A DNA stretch of 64,000 bases, from IMG/VR virus record IMGVR_UViG_3300046170_000323. The stretch is one strand, 5' to 3'. The translations under genes were made by a program, and so were the position numbers. The notes below the pieces were generated by a model, which worked only from the letters and a program-made list of their open reading frames with translations, ran no database searches and had not been told where the DNA came from. Below, one piece after another: positions 54,402 through 62,286 of this stretch. Source of the stretch: a virus (lineage: Duplodnaviria; Caudoviricetes). Position 1 is the stretch's first letter; each line of letters starts with the position of its first letter.

Positions 54402-54652
54402 TAGACCCACCCTCTTAGATTTGTATTAACGCAGTGTTCGATTGTATCTTTTTTACGTGCGATAGAATAAATGTCGCCTCTTGAGATACCGATATCCATA
54501 AGATCTGCATCTGATAGTCTGCCGAGTGCTTTTTCAGTTTCTCGAATTGCTTTACGTTCAATTCTCCAATTTCTAAAGTCTCTGAAGGCGTTGATGATTA
54601 GTTCGATTGATCTGGTTGTATAACCATGTGCTGCTAGTATAGCTTGTGTCAT
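54401..54652 (-). CDS. DUF1127 (YjiS-like) small RNA-binding protein
   Basis: RKAIRETEKALGRLSDADLMDIGISRGDI matches the L..LSD..L.DIG..R.DI signature; SD GGAG before ATG 54652. Confidence 0.85.
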   Translation of the reverse strand: MTQAILAAHGYTTRSIELIINAFRDFRNWRIERKAIRETEKALGRLSDADLMDIGISRGDIYSIARKKDTIEHCVNTNLRGWV

Positions 54653-54740
54653 TTTGTTCTCCAAATGTATGATAAATGTGTGTGTTAATCCGAGCGTAGG
54701 CGATCTACATTTTACTCCTTTTCCACACATTTATTTAGTA
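54653..54740 (-). promoter_or_regulatory. Structured leader of the DUF1127 gene
   Basis: 11-bp perfect inverted repeat (54672-82/54724-34), inner hairpin, and an SD-ATG-TAG element. Confidence 0.5.
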
Positions 54741-54815
54741 CAGAAATAGGTAAATAACCCTTACCAATTTGGAATAGGCGTTATGCAAATTTGGAAAGTG
54801 TGACAACTTGTTCGC

Positions 54816-54842
54816 AAAAAAAAGGTCTCCGAAGAGACCTTT
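54816..54842 (-). terminator. Rho-independent terminator with C(UUCG)G loop
   Basis: AAAGGTCTC-TTCG-GAGACCTTT followed by a T run on the minus strand. Confidence 0.9.
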
Positions 54843-54845
54843 GAA

Positions 54846-55082
54846 TTATTCTTTTGTATCATCTCGTTTACTAACGAAACTGTACATCTCTTTTGCCTTC
54901 TCCATGAGGTCTTGTACAGAATACATTTCAGTTACTTTCTGAAACTCTTCCATCTGCATCTTGCCTTGATCCATCATTTTCTCAGCGAACTGTACGTTCA
55001 TATGATACTGTTGATCCATGTAGTCTTTTGCAAGTTGCAACATCTCAGAACGGATTTCGAATGGATTTTTATTAGACATCAC
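54846..55082 (-). CDS. Conserved small phage hypothetical protein (78 aa)
   Basis: NKNPFEIRSEMLQLAKDY...AKEMYSFVS; operon packing. Confidence 0.7.
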   Translation of the reverse strand: MMSNKNPFEIRSEMLQLAKDYMDQQYHMNVQFAEKMMDQGKMQMEEFQKVTEMYSVQDLMEKAKEMYSFVSKRDDTKE

Positions 55083-55285
55083 TTCACCACCTTAGCGAGC
55101 ATCTCGCCTGTTGCATTAGAAAATTCATTGATTTGTTTAAAGGACGCTTTTGTAAATGCGGTTTGAGTGTCGATAAAATCATTCAAGGGTTTACTGAGTG
55201 TTTCATCTTTCACCCAAGTTGATACCCAACCTCGTTTTGCATTCTGGATTGCGTCAATCCACATATTAGACATGTATTCGTTCAT
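55079..55285 (-). CDS. Small amphipathic helical protein (possibly phasin-like)
   Basis: Strong SD (CAGGAG). The phasin call rests only on recalled resemblance and is weak. Confidence 0.5.
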   Translation of the reverse strand: MNEYMSNMWIDAIQNAKRGWVSTWVKDETLSKPLNDFIDTQTAFTKASFKQINEFSNATGEMLAKVVK

Positions 55286-55309
55286 TTTATTCTCCTGTTT
55301 GTGTGTGTA

Positions 55310-55333
55310 AAAATGGGGGGAATAAATCCCCCC
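55310..55333 (-). terminator. Probable terminator after hsp20
   Basis: G6-ATTTATT-C6 hairpin followed by ATTTTT. Confidence 0.7.
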
Positions 55334-55344
55334 TGAGTCATTAT

Positions 55345-55794
55345 TTATTCTGTGAGAAGTTCTTCCTTCCCAGCAACTGAACCAATAGAGATCTTTCGAG
55401 GTTTCTTTTCCTCTGGGATCACATTTTCAAGTTCTACGTAAAGGATACCGTTTTGGTATTCAGCACCACGTACTACAATTGTATCCGACAAAGTAAACTT
55501 TCTACGGAACTGTCGTGCACTGATTCCTCTGTGTAGATATTGCGCTTCCGACTTTTCGTCTTTCTTACCCTCTACAGTAAGTACACCGTCCTTGACTTCA
55601 ACATCAAGTTCATCTTGGTTGAATCCGGCAAGTGCCAGTTCAATGACGTAATTATCGTCATCTACTTTGCGTATATTGTAGGGTGGGTAGTTTGGTTGAC
55701 TTGATCCTGTTTGATGCATACGATCTAGTACACGGTCAAACCCAATAAAAAATGGATCATTAAGTAAGTCGGCAGTCATTCTGCGAGTATTCAT
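55345..55794 (-). CDS. hsp20: Small heat-shock protein (Hsp20/IbpA family)
   Basis: NYPPYNI...YVIELALAGF...YLHRGISARQFRRKFTL...GILYVEL...PRKISI. Confidence 0.97.
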   Translation of the reverse strand: MNTRRMTADLLNDPFFIGFDRVLDRMHQTGSSQPNYPPYNIRKVDDDNYVIELALAGFNQDELDVEVKDGVLTVEGKKDEKSEAQYLHRGISARQFRRKFTLSDTIVVRGAEYQNGILYVELENVIPEEKKPRKISIGSVAGKEELLTE

Positions 55795-55850
55795 TTGCTA
55801 TCTCCTTTATTAAGCAAGATTGATGTTATGTACCCGATAACGGCGTACAA
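55795..55850 (-). ncRNA. ROSE-like RNA thermometer in the hsp20 5' UTR
   Basis: UCUUGCUU-AAUA-AAGGAGA pairs the UUGCU motif with the SD, leaving a bulged G; upstream hairpin GUACGCCG-UUAU-CGGGUAC. Confidence 0.7.
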
Positions 55851-55853
55851 TGT

Positions 55854-55884
55854 TATTTATATCACAAATTGAAGGTCATGTCAA
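55854..55884 (-). promoter_or_regulatory. Sigma70-type promoter TTGACA-N17-TATAAA overlapping late TATAAATA
   Basis: TTGACA at 55884-79, 17-nt spacer, TATAAATA at 55861-54. Confidence 0.85.
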
Positions 55885-55892
55885 CCAAAAAA

Positions 55893-56294
55893 TTACTTTC
55901 TTCCTATATTATATTTTACTGTAAGATCCCATTGATCTTTTTCTTTATAAGAAATGATCTTAATGTGATTTAATGGGGCAACTGGATCCTTGGTTTTTTC
56001 TTTATCAACGATCTTGAGTAGTTCCCACTCTTCTAGTAAATTTACAATAGTGTTTCGGCGTGCTTTGTCCTCGTCTGTGAAAGTATTCTGTTTACCATCT
56101 AGTATAAACAGTTCCTTAAAATGAAGGATTGCATATCTGCCTTTTTTGTGTAGGATGTGGCAAGACTGATACAGTCTTTTTTCTTTTCGTGAAGAAATAC
56201 CAATTCTTGTGAGCGTCTCTTTAATTTTTAAAAAACTATCATCAGAGGGTAATTCAATCTCGACACCAACTCCCTTAAAAATATCTTCGTTCAT
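55893..56294 (-). CDS. regA: Translational repressor RegA
   Basis: FLKIKETLTRIGISS...LYQSCHILHKKGRYAILHFKELF...RRNTIVNLLEEWEL. Confidence 0.97.
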   Translation of the reverse strand: MNEDIFKGVGVEIELPSDDSFLKIKETLTRIGISSRKEKRLYQSCHILHKKGRYAILHFKELFILDGKQNTFTDEDKARRNTIVNLLEEWELLKIVDKEKTKDPVAPLNHIKIISYKEKDQWDLTVKYNIGRK

Positions 56295-56380
56295 AATACA
56301 TGTTCACCTTTTTTATAATTTATTGTTATGGGTGGTGTTGATCAACATAACCAACGAAAGTATTTATCAAAACGTGTTTT

Positions 56381-56791
56381 TTAACCACCAACAAATAACT
56401 TATCGTAAACATGTTCCATCTGGTCTTTACTTAGAACCTTGTAATATTGTTTTGCAACTGTTCTGTTACATTCATAAACCTTCTGGATGGCATCTAGATC
56501 TTCATTAGGTTCTGCCTTGTGCCACTTGGAGAACCGTTTGCGTTTGCGTAGTGATGCACGATAATAATCGAACTGTGCGCCTGCCATGTTGTCTAACATA
56601 GGCCAACGGATGTTCATCTCATTCGCATGAAGAATGGTATCTTCAAAGTAAGAGAACCCACGATTGACAACATAGGAATACGATGAGTATTCTTTCTCTG
56701 CAAGATCTGGGTTCTCTGCCTCACGAATGATATCCTTCTTAGAGTCTGATGCAGCATTCATGAAGTCAAAGGGCGAGAACTCTTTACTCAT
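56381..56791 (-). CDS. gp62: Clamp loader small subunit gp62
   Basis: YVVNRGFSYFEDTILHANEMN...QFDYY...RKRFSKW; likely start MSKEFSPF at 56791. Confidence 0.92.
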   Translation of the reverse strand: MSKEFSPFDFMNAASDSKKDIIREAENPDLAEKEYSSYSYVVNRGFSYFEDTILHANEMNIRWPMLDNMAGAQFDYYRASLRKRKRFSKWHKAEPNEDLDAIQKVYECNRTVAKQYYKVLSKDQMEHVYDKLFVGG

Positions 56792-57008
56792 GAAGCATGT
56801 GCTCCTCATCATCTACCATTGCATCATACTGCATCTTCTCACGTTCATACGATCCAACGAATGTCAGTTCCTCGTCATAAGAAACTACATATCCAACTGC
56901 ACGTAAGAAGTCAGTGAATGAAGTAAGAACCTCATCAAGGTCTGCATCTTCATTTAATTTCATTTCAATTGATGAACCATCAATATTATGGGTGTGACTA
57001 AATTTCAT
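56784..57008 (-). CDS. Hypothetical protein (74 aa)
   Basis: GAGG SD before ATG 57008; LDEVL..F.DFLRAVGY motif. Confidence 0.6.
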   Translation of the reverse strand: MKFSHTHNIDGSSIEMKLNEDADLDEVLTSFTDFLRAVGYVVSYDEELTFVGSYEREKMQYDAMVDDEEHMLHE

Positions 57009-57165
57009 TTTTCGCCTCCTCAATACCCTGTAAGATTAGATCAAACTCTTTTGCGCATGAAGGACAGACATCATAAGTTGCCTGTCCTTCTGCCATTTCT
57101 ACAGTCATCTTGAATGACTCTTCTTTATCGAATTGTTTTACGCAGTAGAAACATTCTGTCGACAT
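56998..57165 (-). CDS. 55-aa CxxC...CxxC zinc-ribbon-like protein (not in the ORF track)
   Basis: MSTECFYCVKQFDKEESF...YDVCPSCAKEFDLILQGIEEAKNEI*; coupled to the gp44 stop. Confidence 0.7.
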   Translation of the reverse strand: MSTECFYCVKQFDKEESFKMTVEMAEGQATYDVCPSCAKEFDLILQGIEEAKNEI

Positions 57166-58124
57166 TACTTGTATTCACTTTCAATCATAATTTCTGTCAA
57201 GTACGCCACCATGTTGATCTCACTATCAGAGGCGAAGTTTGCCTTGTACATGTAATCTGCAGTGGTGACTACAAATCCTGGCATACTACGGAACTCTACA
57301 CGTTCATCTGCAGCATCATAGATTGCACGAAACATCTCGTTCATATCCTGATCAGAATTACGTGCAACCCACTTGCGCATCTCAGTGAAGTTCTTAGACT
57401 TCAGATAAGAGAACAGTTCATCAACACTTTCTGCTTTCAGATTGACAAAGATACCTTCGTCGATTGAACCTGATGCAGCATAGGATTGAAGTTCGGTAAG
57501 TACACGACGAAAGTCTGGGAAGTATTTCTGTACAACCTTTGCAATGACTTTCTTGTCGTATGACACACCCTCTTGATCAAGGATTGCAAGAACACGTTTG
57601 TAGAACGCCCCTGCGAGTGCAGGTTTCTCTTCATTGTCAATAGAGAAGTCTATCTCAGAGAGACGTGACCTCAAAGGACTAATGATACGGTTCTTGAAGT
57701 TACAAGTAAAGATGAACCCACAATTCGAAGAGTACTCCTCAATGAAGTTACGAAGTGCAGGTTGAACATTAGTGGATGGTAGGTAGTCTGCCTCGTCAAA
57801 TATAACATATTTACGTCCACCTGTCAAGCTGACTGCAGAAGCAAATGTTGAGATATCGTAACGAACGGCATCGATGTTAACGTTGAGTGATCCATTCTTT
57901 ACGATGTAATCACAACCCATCTCTTCAAGCATTGCCTTTGCGACTGTAGTCTTACCTACGCCAGGCCCACCTGTCAAGAGAAGGTTTGGTACGTTCTCAT
58001 CCTTGATAAATTTTTGAAAGATTTCTTTTGTTTGTTGAGGAAGAATTGTATCTTCAATCAACTGAGGACGGTATCGTTCCACCCATAATACTTCGTTTAC
58101 TTTAGTAGTAAGACCTTCTTGCAT
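57165..58124 (-). CDS. gp44: Clamp loader large subunit gp44 (RFC-type AAA+)
   Basis: LWVERYRP, Walker A GGPGVGKT, IFDEAD, SRL sensor, FPDFRR. Confidence 0.97.
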   Translation of the reverse strand: MQEGLTTKVNEVLWVERYRPQLIEDTILPQQTKEIFQKFIKDENVPNLLLTGGPGVGKTTVAKAMLEEMGCDYIVKNGSLNVNIDAVRYDISTFASAVSLTGGRKYVIFDEADYLPSTNVQPALRNFIEEYSSNCGFIFTCNFKNRIISPLRSRLSEIDFSIDNEEKPALAGAFYKRVLAILDQEGVSYDKKVIAKVVQKYFPDFRRVLTELQSYAASGSIDEGIFVNLKAESVDELFSYLKSKNFTEMRKWVARNSDQDMNEMFRAIYDAADERVEFRSMPGFVVTTADYMYKANFASDSEINMVAYLTEIMIESEYK

Positions 58125-58160
58125 ATTGCGCCACCATGTTCATATTATAAAAAAGACTTT

Positions 58161-58188
58161 GAGGGGCGGTCTAGAAACCCGCCCCCTC
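58161..58188 (-). terminator. GC-rich hairpin, probable terminator
   Basis: GAGGGGGCGGG-tttcta-GACCGCCCCTC-like stem followed after a few nt by a T run on the minus strand. Confidence 0.65.
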
Positions 58189-58235
58189 TGGGTATGTGAA
58201 ACATCGTTGAGTGGTTCTACCCTTCTTGGTATGGT

Positions 58236-58505
58236 TTACTGGACTTTATCAGCCAGTGGAGCATCTGGTGGGACATCGCCTTCGACGACATCTGCCTCTG
58301 CTGTTGGGTCTGGCACAGGTGTACGTTGGTTCACGTATGCCACAATTTTATTGCGGAGAGCGCCAACTCCCGCCAGTTCCTGACCCTCGAAACCGCCTCG
58401 TCGAGAGACCGCATCAATAATTTGAACTACAGTGGAAATGTCCTGTAGTGTAAGATCGACAGGCTGTTGTTGGCCCATCATTGCTGCTTGCTGTTGTTCG
58501 TTCAT
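58236..58505 (-). CDS. Conserved hypothetical protein (89 aa)
   Basis: LTLQDISTVVQIIDAVSRRGGFEGQEL..VG.LR motif; between gp45 and gp44. Confidence 0.7.
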   Translation of the reverse strand: MNEQQQAAMMGQQQPVDLTLQDISTVVQIIDAVSRRGGFEGQELAGVGALRNKIVAYVNQRTPVPDPTAEADVVEGDVPPDAPLADKVQ

Positions 58506-58513
58506 GGTATTTT

Positions 58514-59177
58514 TTACCCCTTTTTATAAGTCGACTTAGAATCAATTGCCACAAAATAAGTGACATCGTCACCTTCAAACTTAGAGATACCTTTTGAAGC
58601 AAAGCGTAACTCTATAGTCTTGCGGCAGTAACTTAAGATTATCGGTCTTGATGATAATCTTAAACTCATCGGCAGTATCACCAATTTCGACACCGTAGTC
58701 ATCGGCCCCTTCATTAGTACTATCGATTGCTTTGAGATAACATGTGCCGTTTGAACCGACAAATGCGATCTCACTGAACTGAAGAACTCCTGCAGCCTTC
58801 AATACAGATTGCATGTCATCCCATGAGACATCGACTTCTACATCCTTAGAAGGGATTTTGACATCCTTCTCAGGTGCTGCGTGAATCATAGAAACGTCTG
58901 CGAATAGGTATTTAGTTCTGCGTTTGCCTTCAGAAATAATAAAGTATTTATCATGAAACTCCACATCGGCATCTGCATAAAGCGATAAAATCGACAAAAA
59001 ACGTGATAAATCGTAGATACAGGCGTCAGATGGAATCTCATCTGGAATGGTTGCGCTAGCAATCAACGTCCGTTCGGGAGTGATTGTCTTGAGGACATTC
59101 CCTTCCTTCATCTGGATAGACTTGTTGATTGTAGCAAAACTCTTAAGAATCGTAAGAGTGCGTTCACTGAATTTCAT
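58514..59177 (-). CDS. gp45: Sliding clamp gp45; +1 frameshift at ~58600
   Basis: MKFSERTLTILKSFATIN...IYDLSRFLS. C-terminus SKGISKFEG..VTYFVAIDSKS lies in the next frame; span 3n+1. Confidence 0.93.
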
Positions 59178-59207
59178 TATATACATATCTCCTTGTGAGT
59201 ATTCAAA

Positions 59208-60077
59208 CTATACTATACCCCAAAACTCATCCTTTGTCAAGTCTTTTCGGCGAATTCTTTGATTATATTTTATCGCCTCCTCAATTAATGAGAAACTTGA
59301 TTCGAATTGTTTTGCAGTATGTAATAGGGCTTGTGTGTCTTTGGGGAGACAGTGTCCACCCCAACCACGTTCATCTGTGACAAAACTATGATCATCTCCA
59401 ATACGTTCATCTAAACATAGGTGATACCTGACCTCATTGAAGTCAATGTTTGCTTTATTGCAGAAATCATATAGTTGGTTGAAGTAACCTACCTTCAGTG
59501 CAAGGAATGCATTCTCTGCATACTTGACGGCAATAGCTTCTTCATTCGTGCAGTGGTGGATGCGAATCCGTTTAAAACGTTTTATAAACAAATTTGACCA
59601 GAATGAATCTGATGTATCATTACCAAGAATCATATACTTCTGGTTTTCGAAATCATACAATGCAGTTTCCGCACGAAGGAACTCTGGACTGAATGAAATC
59701 TGTTTGTCTGGAAAAGCGGTTTTAATTTGTTCCCAACCCTCAAGACTAATAGTAGACTTAATAAGGATAGGAACGTCTGGTGAGTCATCAATAACACTTA
59801 CCACGTTGGTAATGTCACAAGAACCATCAGACGATTTTGGAGTGGATACACAGACGATGACACCGTCTGAATCCTGTTTAATAGGGAAGTTCCATTCACG
59901 ATACTGTGGATCCACAATATCATACTTCACTGACTTCACCTGAGAAAAAGCATTAACAACTGCCTTACCCACGTAACCATACCCTGCTACTGTTATGTTT
60001 GTAGTCTTTTTCTTTTGGGATGGGGTTCGGTTTACCGCTTCAAAAGAAGGGTAACCTTTTTCAAATACTGGTTCCAT
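59208..60077 (-). CDS. UDP-glucose/GDP-mannose 6-dehydrogenase family protein, lacking the C-terminal domain
   Basis: GYGYVG (NAD binding), SPEFLR, KYAENAFLALKV, GGHCLPKD (catalytic Cys). Confidence 0.85.
   Translation of the reverse strand: MEPVFEKGYPSFEAVNRTPSQKKKTTNITVAGYGYVGKAVVNAFSQVKSVKYDIVDPQYREWNFPIKQDSDGVIVCVSTPKSSDGSCDITNVVSVIDDSPDVPILIKSTISLEGWEQIKTAFPDKQISFSPEFLRAETALYDFENQKYMILGNDTSDSFWSNLFIKRFKRIRIHHCTNEEAIAVKYAENAFLALKVGYFNQLYDFCNKANIDFNEVRYHLCLDERIGDDHSFVTDERGWGGHCLPKDTQALLHTAKQFESSFSLIEEAIKYNQRIRRKDLTKDEFWGIV
59212..59240 (-). promoter_or_regulatory. Sigma70-type promoter TTGACA-N17-TATAGT
   Basis: Upstream of gp45, embedded in the end of the ugd-like gene. Confidence 0.75.
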
Positions 60078-60079
60078 GT

Positions 60080-60487
60080 TTACCTCTCACATACTCTTTT
60101 ACGTAAATCGGACGAAGAGAATCTATGGTCACGTTTGTTGTAGTACAATTCGATCCCACGTTTCTTACAAGTTTCATAACCAGTAAAGTTCTTCTCTTTG
60201 TATTCTACGCCTAGGATTCTTACGTCGATTTGATACATGGACAGTATATCATCTAAGTCCGCCTCTGTCAAGTACGGAATGATCTCATCTACGTAACTAA
60301 TTGCTTTTAGTTGCGTGTATCTCTCAACAACGGTTTGGATGGGAGAGTTCTTGGACGGACGATCAATCATAGGATCAATCTGAAGTCCACATATCAAATA
60401 GTCGCATTGATCCTTTGCTTCACGTAACATCTGAACGTGTCCAGCGTGAAGCAAATCAAATGCAGATGCAGTAAAACCCACTTTCAT
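60080..60487 (-). CDS. Cytidylyltransferase (TagD/glycerol-3-phosphate CT-like)
   Basis: FDLLHAGH HxGH motif, VDEIIPY, RDHRFSSSDLR. Confidence 0.9.
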   Translation of the reverse strand: MKVGFTASAFDLLHAGHVQMLREAKDQCDYLICGLQIDPMIDRPSKNSPIQTVVERYTQLKAISYVDEIIPYLTEADLDDILSMYQIDVRILGVEYKEKNFTGYETCKKRGIELYYNKRDHRFSSSDLRKRVCER

Positions 60488-60678
60488 TTTACTTGCCTTT
60501 TCAGTAATTCATAGACTACGTATAACTCGTCTATACATTTATCCAATATCATGTGAGCAGTTTCATCATCGTTTTTCTCACGTTCATCACGTAACATTTT
60601 TATGCGTACCTGTAAGTACTTCAAAGGGTTCGCAGGGGAAAGAACTTCCCCCATTGGATGAATCGATCTACGTCTCAC
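60484..60678 (-). CDS. Hypothetical protein (64 aa)
   Basis: Overlapping starts and stops with neighbours. Confidence 0.55.
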   Translation of the reverse strand: MRRRSIHPMGEVLSPANPLKYLQVRIKMLRDEREKNDDETAHMILDKCIDELYVVYELLKRQVK

Positions 60679-61142
60679 TTCACAAAACGAACCTTGTACT
60701 TCTTACCCTTTTCAGAAAAGGTAATTACAGAATGAGAATAAACTTCTTTGGTTGTGTTCTCATATGTGGTTTCATTACGACAACGAGTTTCTTGTTTGTA
60801 ACCAACGATCTGATCTTTTCCTCGTTTGTTATCTGCAGCGATCATGCCACCAAGAACCGCACCTGCAGCTGCACCTTGATCATTACCAGATACACCTTTA
60901 CCAAGGATACCACCGATAATCAAACCACCAAGGACATCGCCTGCGGAGGCGCCCCCGCCCGTACGCCCGTAGATAGGAACATCTACATCCATACATCTTC
61001 GTACGGTAGTGGGGATACTTTCTGTAACTGTGCGATAGTGGTCAACCACTGATCCTTTAACTTTGACTGCATACATCGAATCGTTTGCAAATGCAGTTGT
61101 TGCACATAATGTTAGGGCGGTTGCTAGACAGAAATGTTTCAT
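60675..61142 (-). CDS. Exported glycine-zipper 2TM protein (YcfJ-like)
   Basis: Signal peptide (ALTLCATTAFA) and GGLIIGGILG...GAAAGAVLGGMI zipper. Confidence 0.8.
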   Translation of the reverse strand: MKHFCLATALTLCATTAFANDSMYAVKVKGSVVDHYRTVTESIPTTVRRCMDVDVPIYGRTGGGASAGDVLGGLIIGGILGKGVSGNDQGAAAGAVLGGMIAADNKRGKDQIVGYKQETRCRNETTYENTTKEVYSHSVITFSEKGKKYKVRFVK

Positions 61143-61402
61143 TTCTTTTCTCCATTGTCTTTTTCATTTAACAGTTTGGTGTTATCGTTTTGGATCATCC
61201 CTTCTTTGATGTCGTAAACCATATCACCCTTAATCATACCTATGATCGTATTCGTTAAATCCACCTCTCGCCTCAGAAACCCGATTTTAGTTTCGAGTTT
61301 CTCGATTTGTTTGAGGTAGAATTCTAATTCTTGTTCTTTACGTAATTTCTGTTCGATGAAATCACTAATAAGGATTATACGCTGTTCTTCACTCATTGGC
61401 AA
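61139..61402 (-). CDS. Coiled-coil hypothetical protein
   Basis: Heptad pattern; operon packing. Confidence 0.6.
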   Translation of the reverse strand: MPMSEEQRIILISDFIEQKLRKEQELEFYLKQIEKLETKIGFLRREVDLTNTIIGMIKGDMVYDIKEGMIQNDNTKLLNEKDNGEKK

Positions 61403-62276
61403 CTATTTTCTTTTCGATTTCTTTTTATAGTTCTTTGGGCGAGACCTTGCGTCTGCTGTGGCAGATACACCAAGAGATCCGATTGCACCCATGTTACCCT
61501 TGAAGATATGCATACCAATATGGTTTAGTTGCATCCAAGGACACATCCATACACGAAGATCTGCTTTACGTGCCTGTTGACAGAAGAAATAATCTTCCGA
61601 CAAATAACGTCTTGATACAGGATCAATGATGCAGTCAAAGAAGGCAGTGATATTACGTTCACCGTCAAAGTTCTCAGTACGTACATGATCTGGTTTGTAA
61701 CTATATTCTGGATATGTATCACGGTACTTCTCAAGAACCTCACGTGGAATCAACATGAATCCAGTACCTGCTTCAGATACTTCGATTGGTTCACTCAATT
61801 TGAATTGACCTTTCATTCCCTGCACTGGGTTGAATACGAAGTCTGATGTGTAGTTCTCCAACTGGAATGGGTTTTCGTCACCCTTACCTTGTCGTGCAGC
61901 TTCTGCAACCTTTTCCCACGCAATAGTTTTCTTGGGATAGGGGCCAGTCATGATGTGATACTTTTCTTTATCATGTACCGCAAGACCAAGCAACGCAAGT
62001 ACATCTTTTGCATTGAAGTGGATATCAGAGTCAATGAACATCAAGTGAGAACATTCAGATCGAAGGAATTCGTCTACGACATAGTTACGTGCACGTTGTA
62101 CCAAACTCTCGTTGAAGAGATAGTAGAAACGAATTGGTATACCTGCTTGGGTACACAACATCGCCAGATCGTTACAAGATTTTGTGAAAAGTCCAGAACA
62201 GTTTCCACCGTACATGGGGGTTCCGACAAAAATCGAATATCCCCTTTAGTTGTTCTGTTGTAATTTTAATGTCCAT
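61403..62276 (-). CDS. GT-A-fold glycosyltransferase-like protein; +1 frameshift at ~62242
   Basis: Restored start MDIKITTEQLKGYSIFVGTPMYGG (SD GGAGA). Motifs ESLVQRARN, LMFIDSDI (DxD), GTGFMLI, LSEDYFFC. Confidence 0.8.
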
Positions 62277-62286
62277 TATATCTCCA

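Noticed and set aside
55079-55285. Firm phasin (PHA-granule protein) assignment
   Set aside because: Only a recalled resemblance of an amphipathic helix; it needs an HMM search.
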